A stretch of 51,455 nucleotides of DNA from the NCBI GenBank assembly GCA_051872775.1, contig JBJEEE010000019.1:1-51455 (forward strand), in the 5' to 3' direction. The notes under the pieces were generated by a model. That model made no database searches and was not told the DNA's origin. It worked only from the letters and a program-made list of their open reading frames with translations. Both the position numbers and the translations under genes were made by a program. Shown one piece after another: positions 34,417-45,413 of the stretch. Every line of letters starts with the position of its first letter. The first letter of the stretch is position 1. The stretch is from Bacilli bacterium (GTDB lineage: Bacteria > Bacillota_I > Bacilli_A > ML615J-28 > CAG-313).

Positions 34417-36897
34417 ATGGAAACACTTATTAATAAATTAAAAAATTCGAAAAATTGCATTGTTATTACATCAAATAGCATTAAAAATAATCTAATTTCA
34501 CTTTTATCAGGTATGCTAATAAATGTGAAGTTTAAGTCATTTGATGAGTTTACATCTGATTTGTTTGGCAAAATAGATGATAAAGTACTTCTACAAAATT
34601 GTCAAAAAAATGATAATATAGAAATAATAAAAACTAAATTAGATAATGCTATGATTGTTACACAAGATAGTGACAATCCTATAATTCATGAATTATACTT
34701 ATTAAACAAAAAAATTAAAACAATTATAAATGATAATTATCAAAATGTTTTAGAATACTATAACTTACATCAAATATATATAATTGGATATGATGGTAGT
34801 AATGATTTAGTAAATAAAGGTATCTCGTTGTTAAATAACGTGGAAATAGTAAAAATGAATTCAAAATCATATCATCATACACTTACTAACTTCGATGATT
34901 TTCAAGATGAGATTATATATATAATTGGTAGAATAATCAGTTTAATTAATGAAGGTGTTAATCCTAATAAAATCGTAGTTAATAGTATTAATAAAGATTA
35001 TGAAATTAAATTTAAAGAGTTATTGCAACTTGCTAATCTTGAAGTAGATTTTAATGAACAAATTCCTTTATTAAATATAGAATCAACAAAAAAATTTATT
35101 AATGATTTTTATAATAATTATCATGGTAAATTTAATGAAGAGTTTCCTAAATATCTTTCATCATTTAAAGCATTTTCCTCAAATAATGTAGAAGTAATCA
35201 AAGTATTAAATGTACTTAGTTATTTTGATTTTGATATCGATGATGACTATGCCAAAGATGTTGTTACCTATCTTTTGAAAAATCATTTTATTAAACTTAA
35301 AACTTTTGATCAAGCCATTAGATTTGAAAATGTATTTAATAATCTCTATGATGACGATACTTATATCTTTATTCCTAACTTTAATCAAGATGTTGTACCA
35401 GAGACAATAAAAGATAATAGCTACTTAAGTGATACTTTAAAAAAAGAATTAGGATTAATTACATCATATGAACACAATATGATAAATAAAAACAATGTTT
35501 GTGATTTTATTAAGAACAATAAATTTATTATTCTTACTTCATCTACAAACTCAACCACCCAAACTTATGTAAGAAATTCATTATTAAATGATGAAAGAAT
35601 ATCAAGTAATATTACTATTAATAAAGGAGTAATTGATGTAGAAAATATCAATAATTATTATCTTGCATATTTGAAATATCTAAAAGCAATGAATTTATAC
35701 AATTCTTACCATCTTGTAAGTGAGGACTATATAAAAGGATATTACACCTTTAATGTTCAAAGTAAAAATCAATATGATAGTAGTTTTACAGGTATAAACG
35801 AAAATATTTTGAATCGATATGTCAAACCATTAACATTGTCATATTCTTCAATTGATGATTATGCGAAATGTCCTTTTTATTATTATGTAAAACATATCTT
35901 AAAAATTGTGTGTAAAAAAGAACAAACTACAGAAAATATTAGTCTATTAGTAGGTATCGTATTTCACTATGTTCTTGAAAAATTGTTAAAGATTGATAAT
36001 CTTTGTGAATTAAGTAACGAGGAACTAAAGACTAAGATAGATATATATACACAAGATAAATTTAAAGAATTAGAAGTAGAAATAACCCCTAAAATAAACG
36101 TATATCTTCATAATTTAGAACCTACCTTATTAGAAGTAGTAAATCGCATTATTAATCATTTAAAAACAAGCGATTTTGAGACTTATAAGGTAGAACAAAA
36201 TGTTGAAATAAATATAACAGATGATATAAAATTAAGAGGAACAATAGATAAAATATTAAAATTAAATCTTAAAAAAAACCAAGATGTAGAAGGAAACTAC
36301 TATATTGTAATTGACTATAAAACTAATGCGGTGGAAGTTAGTTGGAAGAGTCTTGATGAAGGAATAGAATTACAACTTCCAATCTATTTATTATTTGTTA
36401 AAGAGTTAGATCCATCAGGATTAATAGGGGGAGCATATTTACAAAGTATTTTAGATAATTCATTGTATCGTTATAAAGATAATAAAACTTATGAACAGTT
36501 ATTTTTAAAAAGAACTGCTTTCAAAGGATATACTAATTCATCTTCTTCAATAATTAAAAGTATTGATTCAGAGTATAATAACGAAAACAGAGTATTACCA
36601 TCTAGTCCCTTTACTAGTAGTGGAGCATTATCAAGCTCTTTCAGCAATTTTGCATTGACAACCGAAGAATTTGATCAAGTAATTTGTTATACCAAAAAAC
36701 TAGTAAACGAAATTGGAAACCAAATTCAAAAAGGAAAGTTTGATATACGACCAAAGCAAATAAATGCGCAGAAAACAAGTTGTACCTATTGTCCATGTTT
36801 TATGATGTGTTATCATAATCCATCTCACATTGAACAAATTAAAGTACATAATGATTTAAGTTTTATTAAAGGAGATAACAATAATGAAATGGAGTAA
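34417..36897 (+). CDS. addB: helicase-nuclease complex subunit AddB/RexB (short form, 826 aa)
   Basis: It sits immediately upstream of addA and overlaps it. The C-terminal RecB-type nuclease has an Fe-S cluster cysteine pattern: CPFYYY upstream and CTYCPCFMMC at nt 36781-36810. The nuclease core is IVIDYKT. Confidence 0.75.
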   Translation: METLINKLKNSKNCIVITSNSIKNNLISLLSGMLINVKFKSFDEFTSDLFGKIDDKVLLQNCQKNDNIEIIKTKLDNAMIVTQDSDNPIIHELYLLNKKIKTIINDNYQNVLEYYNLHQIYIIGYDGSNDLVNKGISLLNNVEIVKMNSKSYHHTLTNFDDFQDEIIYIIGRIISLINEGVNPNKIVVNSINKDYEIKFKELLQLANLEVDFNEQIPLLNIESTKKFINDFYNNYHGKFNEEFPKYLSSFKAFSSNNVEVIKVLNVLSYFDFDIDDDYAKDVVTYLLKNHFIKLKTFDQAIRFENVFNNLYDDDTYIFIPNFNQDVVPETIKDNSYLSDTLKKELGLITSYEHNMINKNNVCDFIKNNKFIILTSSTNSTTQTYVRNSLLNDERISSNITINKGVIDVENINNYYLAYLKYLKAMNLYNSYHLVSEDYIKGYYTFNVQSKNQYDSSFTGINENILNRYVKPLTLSYSSIDDYAKCPFYYYVKHILKIVCKKEQTTENISLLVGIVFHYVLEKLLKIDNLCELSNEELKTKIDIYTQDKFKELEVEITPKINVYLHNLEPTLLEVVNRIINHLKTSDFETYKVEQNVEINITDDIKLRGTIDKILKLNLKKNQDVEGNYYIVIDYKTNAVEVSWKSLDEGIELQLPIYLLFVKELDPSGLIGGAYLQSILDNSLYRYKDNKTYEQLFLKRTAFKGYTNSSSSIIKSIDSEYNNENRVLPSSPFTSSGALSSSFSNFALTTEEFDQVICYTKKLVNEIGNQIQKGKFDIRPKQINAQKTSCTYCPCFMMCYHNPSHIEQIKVHNDLSFIKGDNNNEME

Positions 36898-39800
36898 AGA
36901 ACAGTTACTAGCAATTGAAGAATCAAATAAATCTATTTTAGTTAGTGCTGGCGCTGGCTCCGGTAAGACGGCGGTTTTAACCCAGAGACTACTTAAAAAG
37001 ATAGAAAATGGAACCAAAATGGAAGAGTTAATCGTTTTAACTTTTACCGTTTTAGCCGCAAAAGAAATGAAGGAACGTTTAAGAAGTGCCCTTCAACAAT
37101 CAGATAATCCTAAATGTATGGAACAACTTACCTTTATTGATAATGCGTGTATCGGTACATTTGATTCTTATACCAATCAACTCGTAAAAAAGTATCACTA
37201 TCTATTGGGTATTCCAAGAGCCTTTAATATAGTGAGTGACAATGATTTTTCTTTAACTTCTTTAGAAATACTTAACGAGATATTTAAAGAACAATATGAA
37301 GCAAATAATAAGAATTTTATCTCTTTTATTACTAAGTTTAGTGTTAAAGATGATGATGGTATTGTCAATAGCTGTTTAAACATCTATAAAAACATGCGTT
37401 TAAACCCAGACTATATGAATATATTAAACAATTATGAAAGTTTCTATGATTCAAGTTATATTGATGAACTTCTTTTACAATATGATAAACTACTTATCCC
37501 ATATTTCTTAGAGATTAAAACATATCTAAAAGAATTAGAAGACTACACTAGTGATATAAAACTAAAAAATCATTATGATAAACTATATGAAGTGTTAGTC
37601 GAATATTTACATTATCATACTTATGATGATTTTCAAACGATCACTGCGATTAAATTTCCAACCTTACCTTCTAAAGTTGAAGATTTAGAAGAAAAAGAGA
37701 ATTATCGTCAAATATATGATGATTTAAAAAAATATGTAAACACAATTAAGAAAAAGTTTATCTATACCTCATCTGATGAACTAAGAGCAAGTTATCTTGC
37801 GACAAAAGAAGACTGTATGGTTATTGTATCATTAATTAAAGAATTAGATTATCGCTTGAAACAATATAAGAAAAAAACATGTTCATATGATTTTACGGAT
37901 ATTGCCTTAATGGCAATCAAAATTATTGAGGAATTTGATTTTGTAAGGGAAGAAATTAGAAATAAAACATGTGAAATCCTAATCGATGAATATCAAGATA
38001 CCTCTGATATTCAAGAACGACTCATAAACTTAATTTGTAAAGATAATGTTTATATGGTAGGAGATATTAAACAATCAATATATCGTTTTCGTAATGCTAA
38101 CCCTTTAATTTTTAAAGAAAAATATCATACTTTACAAGTGACTCCACCTAATATGGTAATTGATTTATCCCAAAATTTTAGATCACGTAAAGAAGTATTA
38201 GATGCGGTAAACTTAATTTTCTCTGCTTTAATGGGAGCAGAAATCGGTGGTGTTGATTACAACTACGCCCATGAACTTCATTTTGGATTCTCTAAATATG
38301 AAGATTATAATGAAGAAAATAATCAAATGCAGATACTTACCTATCCATTTGAAAGAAAACCAAAATCATCAGTAAATAACGATGATATATCGGAAGATGA
38401 AGAAGACGAAAATGAGGAACAAACGCAAACATTTACAAAAGACGAAATTGAAGCATTTATTATTGGTAAAGATATACTAAGTAAAGTTAATAAATATAAA
38501 GTTTACCATAAAGATATAGACACATATGGTCCAGCTACATATAAAGATTTTGCTATCTTAGTGATGGATAAAAAGAAAATGCAAATATATGCTAAAGTAT
38601 TTGAATATTTAGGTCTTCCACTCAAGGTTCATGAAGATATTATATTAACCAATAACAATGATATCTTTGCGATAATCAGTTTATTACGTTTAATATATAT
38701 ATTTTATAATAACAAACAAGCAAGTAAACAAGAATTAAAAGAAGTTCTATTATCTTTTTTAAGGAGTTTCATTGTTAATTTACCGGATGATGAAATCTTC
38801 CAAATTATAACGGACGCAAATGTTGATGAAATGTTTAAAAAAACACTCCCTGATTTATATCAAAAGTGTCAACAAATCGCAAGCCAAATCAATGAACTAA
38901 ACTTATCCAATATTTTAACTCTTATTTTTAAAGAGTTTTCTGTATACGAAAAGATGCTAACATTATCAGATGTGGCTTCATCTGAGTATAATCTAAACTA
39001 CTTATTTCAAATATGTGAAAGTCTTACAAGTTTAAACTATTCATTTAAGGAAATGATAGATTACTTAAATTTATTAGTGAATGATTCAAAATTTGAAATA
39101 AAGATACCTATACCTGCTTCCAATAATAATGATGTAATCAATATGATGACTATACACGCATCTAAAGGATTAGAGTTTCCTATTTGTTATTTTCCTGAAT
39201 TATATAAAAAATTTAACTTTGAAGATTTGAAAAGAGATATTTTCTATAGCAAAGACTATCAAATTATTGCATCTGTTTTAAAAGATAGACTCTTATACAA
39301 ACCACTTACTTATTTTTTAGAAAAAGAAAACTTTCTTAAAGCTGAAGTAAGTGAAAAAATCCGTTTATTTTATGTAGCATTAACGAGACCGCGTGAACAA
39401 ATCATCATGGTTATGCCAACTAGTGAAAGTGACAAACCTAAAAGTACATCTGATATTGCGAAAATGGGCATTAAGACTTTTAAAGATATGTTGTTATGCC
39501 TTAATGATATTATTGAACCATATAAGCATCCTATCGATATCAATTCATTAGGTCTTACTAAGGAATATTTATATCCTAAAAAGCAACAAAACTTGCATCT
39601 TGATAATGAGCAAATACTATCATTTTATAATATAACATTAAAAAATCATACAACATTATCAATGCGTGCTTCAGCATCAGTGGTAAAATATCATACTAAA
39701 GAAGACCTTGATAAAATGAATGAGGGAACTAGAATTCATAAAATTCTAGAATTACTTGATTTGACAAATCCAGATCTAGAAAAACTTTTGCCGAAAGATC

Positions 39801-40099
39801 AAAAGCTAATAAAAGGTTTTATTAATCATCCCTTCATAAAAAGTCTAAATATTATTAATCATTATCATGAATATCATTTTATAACAACTCAAGATGAAGT
39901 ACAAATCAATGGTATAATCGACTTAATTATTGAAACGGAAGAATCCTACTATATTATTGATTATAAATTATATGACACAAATAAAGAAGAGTATACTAAA
40001 CAACTTAATATATATAAAAATTATTTATCAAATATAGTAAATAAACCAGTATATTCTTACCTTTACTCTATAATAAAAAATGATTTTACGAAAGTATAA
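36884..40099 (+). CDS. addA: helicase-nuclease complex subunit AddA (UvrD/Rep-type helicase plus RecB nuclease)
   Basis: W-x-x-EQLLAIE...AGAGSGKT Walker A, DEYQDT, and a C-terminal PD-(D/E)xK core (GIIDLII...YIIDYKL). Confidence 0.9.
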   Translation: MKWSKEQLLAIEESNKSILVSAGAGSGKTAVLTQRLLKKIENGTKMEELIVLTFTVLAAKEMKERLRSALQQSDNPKCMEQLTFIDNACIGTFDSYTNQLVKKYHYLLGIPRAFNIVSDNDFSLTSLEILNEIFKEQYEANNKNFISFITKFSVKDDDGIVNSCLNIYKNMRLNPDYMNILNNYESFYDSSYIDELLLQYDKLLIPYFLEIKTYLKELEDYTSDIKLKNHYDKLYEVLVEYLHYHTYDDFQTITAIKFPTLPSKVEDLEEKENYRQIYDDLKKYVNTIKKKFIYTSSDELRASYLATKEDCMVIVSLIKELDYRLKQYKKKTCSYDFTDIALMAIKIIEEFDFVREEIRNKTCEILIDEYQDTSDIQERLINLICKDNVYMVGDIKQSIYRFRNANPLIFKEKYHTLQVTPPNMVIDLSQNFRSRKEVLDAVNLIFSALMGAEIGGVDYNYAHELHFGFSKYEDYNEENNQMQILTYPFERKPKSSVNNDDISEDEEDENEEQTQTFTKDEIEAFIIGKDILSKVNKYKVYHKDIDTYGPATYKDFAILVMDKKKMQIYAKVFEYLGLPLKVHEDIILTNNNDIFAIISLLRLIYIFYNNKQASKQELKEVLLSFLRSFIVNLPDDEIFQIITDANVDEMFKKTLPDLYQKCQQIASQINELNLSNILTLIFKEFSVYEKMLTLSDVASSEYNLNYLFQICESLTSLNYSFKEMIDYLNLLVNDSKFEIKIPIPASNNNDVINMMTIHASKGLEFPICYFPELYKKFNFEDLKRDIFYSKDYQIIASVLKDRLLYKPLTYFLEKENFLKAEVSEKIRLFYVALTRPREQIIMVMPTSESDKPKSTSDIAKMGIKTFKDMLLCLNDIIEPYKHPIDINSLGLTKEYLYPKKQQNLHLDNEQILSFYNITLKNHTTLSMRASASVVKYHTKEDLDKMNEGTRIHKILELLDLTNPDLEKLLPKDQKLIKGFINHPFIKSLNIINHYHEYHFITTQDEVQINGIIDLIIETEESYYIIDYKLYDTNKEEYTKQLNIYKNYLSNIVNKPVYSYLYSIIKNDFTKV

Positions 40100-40117
40100 T
40101 AAACATTAGTGCATAAT

Positions 40118-40146
40118 TTGACAATTTTAAACTAAAATGATAAAAT
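40118..40146 (+). promoter_or_regulatory. consensus sigma-A promoter of the RND gene
   Basis: TTGACA (40118-40123), 17 nt, TGaTAAAAT (40138-40146). The tracked ATG at 40137 lies inside the promoter, so the start was moved to 40182. Confidence 0.65.
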
Positions 40147-40181
40147 ATCTTCTAGTAAAAGATAAAAAAAGAGGGGAAAAA

Positions 40182-43100
40182 ATGAATTTCTTAAAGAAAA
40201 TAATTCAAAGGAAAGTTACTATTTGTATTGTCGTATTTATTCTAGTTTGTCTTGGTATTTTTTCAGTTACAAGTATGCCAGTCAAACTCCTTCCAGATTT
40301 GAATATTCCTATCCTTGGGGTATCCATTGTCTATCCTGGAGCTGCTCCTGAGGTTGTCAATCAAGATGTAACTAGTCAACTAGAAGATAGTTTAACTAAT
40401 ATTACTAATGTTACTGATGTAACAAGTTACTCTTTAGATAATGTTGCCGTCGTAATTTTAAGTTTTGAATATGAAACGAATCTAGATGATAAAAAAGCAG
40501 AAATCAATGAAATTATTGATAAACTAAATTTACCATCTGTTTGTTATAATCCAGAGATTGTTGAAGTTGATTTCAATTCGTCTGCTCTTGCAAGCATTGT
40601 AATTACTAATGATGATGATAATTTTGATAATATCAAGAAAGTAGCAAGTAATCTTAAAAAAGAGTTTTTAGGAATAGATGGAGTGGGAAGTGTTGAGGTT
40701 AAAGGACTTCCTACTAGTAGTGTAAGTATTAAGCCAATTATGGGGCTTGAGATGATTTCATTATTACTAGTAGAGAAATTATCTTACCAAGCATATGACA
40801 TTCCCCTTGGAAGTATTAATACAAATAATGGGATAATCTCAATCCGAAATGAGAGCGCCCCACACGATTTACTTGATTTAGCAAGTACTAGTATTACGAT
40901 TCCCCTTCCTCGTTCAACTTGGTTAATGCTACATTCATATCAAACGATATTAAAGAATTTAGAAACAGAATATGGTACGCTTTTATCATCATTTACAAAT
41001 AATAATCTTAGTGCTCTATTTGATAAATATAACGCATTAAGTATTGATGAACTAGATTCATTTATTAGTTTAATTTTGGAATATAAAGATAAAATAGATA
41101 GTATTCCCAATGAACAGTATGATTCTGAAGCAATTGTTAAAAAATATCTTCTTCCATTAATGAGTTATGGAATAACCATCAATCAAAATCTTGTTGATCA
41201 ATTTAGAAATATGGATAAAACTAAATTAAGTAACTTGTTAGATCAAGTTAAGTTAATTAAACAAACAAATCTTAAGTTATCAGTTGAATTAATTAGTTTT
41301 ATTTCCTCTCTTGATATAGATAAAATAGTATATGATGAAGCCGTGGTTGATAATGTAACCCCTTTAGAAAATGATAATACAAACATTGGAAGATATACAG
41401 TATCACTTTGCAATGTCAAAGAAGAAGATGGTGTTACAATAATTACCCCTAACGTTGCTTATCTTGATGTAGAAACTACTTATGATACTTATTCATATTA
41501 TAATAATCATATAGGTGTTACCATTGAAGTGTATGGCAAATCGGGATGTAATACTTCCGAAATTGTCAAAAATGTTAAGCAAGTAATTAGTAATAATAAT
41601 TCTGATTTAAGTACATCGATTGTTTTACTTGATGATCAAGCTGAATTTATCGACGATTCATTGTCAAATGTCTTAACCTCAATTATTATCGGTGGTGTGC
41701 TTGCAATTATCGTTATATATTTGTTCTTAAGAAAAGTTAGATCATCCCTTGTTATTGCCATCACCATGCCTTTAAGTGTGTTAACAACTTTAATAATTCT
41801 TTATTTAATGGGAATCACGCTTAATATGGTTTCACTTGGCGGTCTTGCGGTTGGAATTGGAATGTTGGTTGATAATAGTATTGTTGTTATTGAATCCATT
41901 ACTAAACGACGTGAGAATGATAAAATGATGGTCAAAGATGCTTGCTTTAATGGAACTAAAGATGTAATTGGTTCATTGTTTGCGTCAACTTTAACAACAG
42001 TATGTGTTTTTATTCCGATCTTATTTACAAAAGGTCTAACCAAAGAAATATTTACTGATTTAGCATGGGCTGTGGTTTTATCACTTTCTATTTCCTTTAT
42101 TATTGCGGTAATTGTTATCCCTACACTATATGGTCTTATTTGTAATTCAAAAAAAGAAGAAGAAATCAAACAAGATAAATTTACCCAAAAACTTGAGGGT
42201 AAATATCAAAACTTTTTAGAAAAAATATTGCATAAAAAAAGGATTATCGTGGTTTCCATGCTTATAGTCTTTCTTGCAAGTATTGGGCTAGTATTGACCA
42301 GAGGAATGGAATTTCTACCACCTAGTGATAAAGGACTAATTGAAATAAATCTAGGATATGAGAGTAAAACAACCCTAGAAGAAGCTAATACCGATACATT
42401 AAGAATTAAAGAACGGATAGAAGAAAACATTGATAATATTGATAGTCTTTCGATATCTGTTGGAAAACTTGGATTGATTAAAAGTTCAATGAATGGTAGT
42501 ATTCGCCTTCAATTAAATAGTAAGGCTAAGAAAACAAAGGAAGTAGTTCAAGATATCCGCGAATTATTAAAAGATGAAAAAGCGAGTGTTAATGTCAAAG
42601 AGGTAGATGGTATTGTAGCTAGTATTACAAGTAATTTTAATGATTTATCGATTAGTTTAATGGGAGAAGATGAACAGACTTTAATTGAAATAACTAACAA
42701 AATAGAAACAAAATTACTTAGTCAAAAGGGTATTACTGGAGTTACTAACAACCTAACCTCACTTCAAACTGAATATAAGATTGATGTCGATATTAATAAA
42801 TGTAATGAGTACGGCATTGATTATCCAACCCTAATCCAAACCCTAAGAGTAGGGCTTGCGGGATATGAAGTAGGAACGATAGTTAATGATAAAGAAGAAG
42901 TCAAAATTTCGGTATCATTTATGAATAAGTCTATTACTTCATATGATGATTTAGCTAATTTTATGGTTACAACTAATGATGGATTAGTAATCCATTTATC
43001 TGATATTGCTGAAATAAAATCAAGTAATGAAAAAGTCTTAATACTAAAAGACAATGGTCAATTACTTGTTCAAATATCAGTTGATACATACAATCTAGAT

Positions 43101-43721
43101 ACTGGTAGTGCTTCAAAGATTATTGATAAAGTAACAAACGAAGTGTTAAAAGACTATCCCGGATACAGTGTTAAAGCAAGTGGGGTTCAATCATACTTGA
43201 ATGATGCTTTTAGTGGTCTAATTGTGGCATTAGTTATTTCTATTTTCTTACTATATGGTGTTATGGCTTGTCAATTTGAATCATTTACAAAACCATTAAT
43301 TATCATGGCATCAATTCCACTTACTTTTACGGGTGCCTTCCTTGCTCTTACAATAACTAATGTGTCTTTAAATATCGTATCATTTATAGGTATAATTATG
43401 TTAATGGGTGTAATTGTAAATAATGCCATTATTATGCTAGATGAGATTAAACGTCTTAAAGAAGAAGAGCAACTAAGTGAATATGATGCAGTCATAAAAG
43501 GATGTAGTAATCGTGTTCGTCCTATCTTAATGACAACCTTAACTACCGTTTTAGCTTTAATTCCTCTTTCTCTAGGTCTTGGCAGTGGAGGAGAATTAAT
43601 GCAACCAATGGGCATAGTTGTAATTGGTGGTTTACTATTCGGTACAGCTGTAACGTTAATGCTAATTCCAAGTATTTACTGTGGCGTTAAGAAAATAAAA
43701 AAACCTACACAAGAAAATTAA
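40182..43721 (+). CDS. RND-superfamily efflux permease (AcrB/SwrC-like), 1179 aa
   Basis: The N-terminus, LPDLNIPILGVSIVYPGAAPEVVNQDVTSQLE, is typical of RND pumps, with 12 TM helices in a 1+5 / 1+5 layout. RBS agagggg. Confidence 0.85.
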   Translation: MNFLKKIIQRKVTICIVVFILVCLGIFSVTSMPVKLLPDLNIPILGVSIVYPGAAPEVVNQDVTSQLEDSLTNITNVTDVTSYSLDNVAVVILSFEYETNLDDKKAEINEIIDKLNLPSVCYNPEIVEVDFNSSALASIVITNDDDNFDNIKKVASNLKKEFLGIDGVGSVEVKGLPTSSVSIKPIMGLEMISLLLVEKLSYQAYDIPLGSINTNNGIISIRNESAPHDLLDLASTSITIPLPRSTWLMLHSYQTILKNLETEYGTLLSSFTNNNLSALFDKYNALSIDELDSFISLILEYKDKIDSIPNEQYDSEAIVKKYLLPLMSYGITINQNLVDQFRNMDKTKLSNLLDQVKLIKQTNLKLSVELISFISSLDIDKIVYDEAVVDNVTPLENDNTNIGRYTVSLCNVKEEDGVTIITPNVAYLDVETTYDTYSYYNNHIGVTIEVYGKSGCNTSEIVKNVKQVISNNNSDLSTSIVLLDDQAEFIDDSLSNVLTSIIIGGVLAIIVIYLFLRKVRSSLVIAITMPLSVLTTLIILYLMGITLNMVSLGGLAVGIGMLVDNSIVVIESITKRRENDKMMVKDACFNGTKDVIGSLFASTLTTVCVFIPILFTKGLTKEIFTDLAWAVVLSLSISFIIAVIVIPTLYGLICNSKKEEEIKQDKFTQKLEGKYQNFLEKILHKKRIIVVSMLIVFLASIGLVLTRGMEFLPPSDKGLIEINLGYESKTTLEEANTDTLRIKERIEENIDNIDSLSISVGKLGLIKSSMNGSIRLQLNSKAKKTKEVVQDIRELLKDEKASVNVKEVDGIVASITSNFNDLSISLMGEDEQTLIEITNKIETKLLSQKGITGVTNNLTSLQTEYKIDVDINKCNEYGIDYPTLIQTLRVGLAGYEVGTIVNDKEEVKISVSFMNKSITSYDDLANFMVTTNDGLVIHLSDIAEIKSSNEKVLILKDNGQLLVQISVDTYNLDTGSASKIIDKVTNEVLKDYPGYSVKASGVQSYLNDAFSGLIVALVISIFLLYGVMACQFESFTKPLIIMASIPLTFTGAFLALTITNVSLNIVSFIGIIMLMGVIVNNAIIMLDEIKRLKEEEQLSEYDAVIKGCSNRVRPILMTTLTTVLALIPLSLGLGSGGELMQPMGIVVIGGLLFGTAVTLMLIPSIYCGVKKIKKPTQEN

Positions 43722-43799
43722 ATAAATTAAGTTCATTTTAGATTAGTATTTATACTTCTTTAAAGTATTATATTATGAGCATAATATTTCTAAAAAAAA

Positions 43800-43852
43800 G
43801 GAATTGACAAAAGAACATGTTCGTTAAAAACGGATATGTTCTTTTCAATTCC
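43800..43852 (+). terminator. long imperfect hairpin downstream of the RND gene
   Basis: ggaattgacaaaagaacat pairs with atgttcttttcaattcc (17 bp with a 2-nt bulge), followed by tttaatt. Confidence 0.5.
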
Positions 43853-43936
43853 TTTAATTATTTTAGCGATGTTGTTTATATATATGTTAATTAGCTAAGA
43901 TAAGGATAATTAAAGTGAATTTTTATAAATTATCGT

Positions 43937-43965
43937 TTGACAAAATATGACAACAGGAGTATAAT
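43937..43965 (+). promoter_or_regulatory. perfect consensus sigma-A promoter of the MATE gene
   Basis: TTGACA (43937-43942), exactly 17 nt, TATAAT (43960-43965). Confidence 0.7.
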
Positions 43966-43991
43966 CTACGTTATGAAAGAAGTGTGACATC

Positions 43992-45326
43992 ATGAATGAC
44001 CTAACAAAAGGGCGTCCTTTTAAGACTTTATTACTATTTGCTCTTCCAATGATTTTATCAGTTACATTACAACAGTTTTACAATATATGTGACAGCGCGA
44101 TTGCTGGTAAATTCGTATCATCTGAAGCTTTAGCCGCAATATCTAGTACGTATCCGATTACAATGATTTATCTAGCGATTGGTACAGGATTTGGGGTTGG
44201 CGCAAACATTGTAACATCTCGTTTAATTGGTGAAGAAAGAAATGCGGATGCCAAAAAATGTATTTTTACTTCTATCATAACAATAGTATTAGTTGCTTTT
44301 GTCTTGAGTAGTATCGGTCTTATTATTATTAAGTCTCTTATTGAATTAATTAATGTTGAAAGTATCCTAAAAGCAGATGCTACCATTTATTTACAATTTT
44401 ATACGGCTGGTTTAATCTTTCTATTTTTGTATAATATTGTTGCTTCCCTTTTTCAAGCATTAGGTAATTCTAAAATACCTTTATATTTTTTAATTTTTTC
44501 AACCTTATTGAACATTATACTAGATTTAATCTTTGTGATTAGATTTCAATTAGGTGTAAAAGGACTTGCCATTGCAACTTTTTTGTCACAAATGATAGCT
44601 TCTTTACTTTCATTGCTATTTTTATTCTTCTATTGTAAAAGACTAAAAAGTGATAATAAATTACTTGATTTTAAACTATTAAGATTGATATTGCCAATTT
44701 CTATTCCATCCATTATTCAAGCATCAACAATCTCGATTGGACAACTTTTAATTCAATCACTTATTAATACGATGAATTCAGATATTGTTGCTGGATATGG
44801 AGCAGGATATAAACTATGCTATGTCGTCATCAACATTTTTATAACAATATCTAATGCTATCTCTACATTTACATCTCAAAATGCTGGCGCGAAACAATAT
44901 CAAAGGATTAATAAAGGTTTTAAATCTGGTCTTTTAATTTGCGCATGTTTAACCATTATTACAATGGTTTTGTTCTATACGATGTCTGAACCTTTATTAT
45001 CAATCTTTGAAAAGGAAACAGCAACCAAAGCAGTAACTGATGTTGGTAAATTATATATATATACGCTTACTCCATTTTTCTTCACTATGTGTATCAAAAT
45101 TCCATGTGATGGTGTTTTAAAAGGTTCTAAAGATATGTTAAGTTTTATGACAGGTACATTACTAGATCTTGTAATTAGGGTATTGTTTGCATATATTCTA
45201 GTTAAACCATATGGTATAAATGGTATATTTTGGTCATGGCCAATTGGTTGGATTGTAGGAATGCTTTCATCGGTTATTTGTTATAAAGTGGGAAGATGGA
45301 AAAAGCTCATCAATTATTCATATTAA
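43992..45326 (+). CDS. MATE-family efflux transporter
   Basis: 12-TM protein with a MatE N-terminal signature (LLLFALPMILSVTLQQFYNICDSAIAGKF). Confidence 0.85.
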   Translation: MNDLTKGRPFKTLLLFALPMILSVTLQQFYNICDSAIAGKFVSSEALAAISSTYPITMIYLAIGTGFGVGANIVTSRLIGEERNADAKKCIFTSIITIVLVAFVLSSIGLIIIKSLIELINVESILKADATIYLQFYTAGLIFLFLYNIVASLFQALGNSKIPLYFLIFSTLLNIILDLIFVIRFQLGVKGLAIATFLSQMIASLLSLLFLFFYCKRLKSDNKLLDFKLLRLILPISIPSIIQASTISIGQLLIQSLINTMNSDIVAGYGAGYKLCYVVINIFITISNAISTFTSQNAGAKQYQRINKGFKSGLLICACLTIITMVLFYTMSEPLLSIFEKETATKAVTDVGKLYIYTLTPFFFTMCIKIPCDGVLKGSKDMLSFMTGTLLDLVIRVLFAYILVKPYGINGIFWSWPIGWIVGMLSSVICYKVGRWKKLINYSY

Positions 45327-45356
45327 AAAAGGTAAGTTTAATAAACTTACTTTTTT
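45327..45356 (+). terminator. rho-independent terminator
   Basis: gtaagttt / aaacttac stem flanked by A6 and T6. Confidence 0.7.
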
Positions 45357-45413
45357 ATTAACTAAAAATGGAAAATTAAAAAGTATAACGTATTATATAG
45401 TTGAGGTGAAACT

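Noticed and set aside
43813-43822. GAACATGTTC downstream of the RND gene, considered as a LexA box.
   Set aside because: The spacer is only 2 nt instead of 4, and the sequence forms part of the long terminator-like hairpin at 43800-43852.
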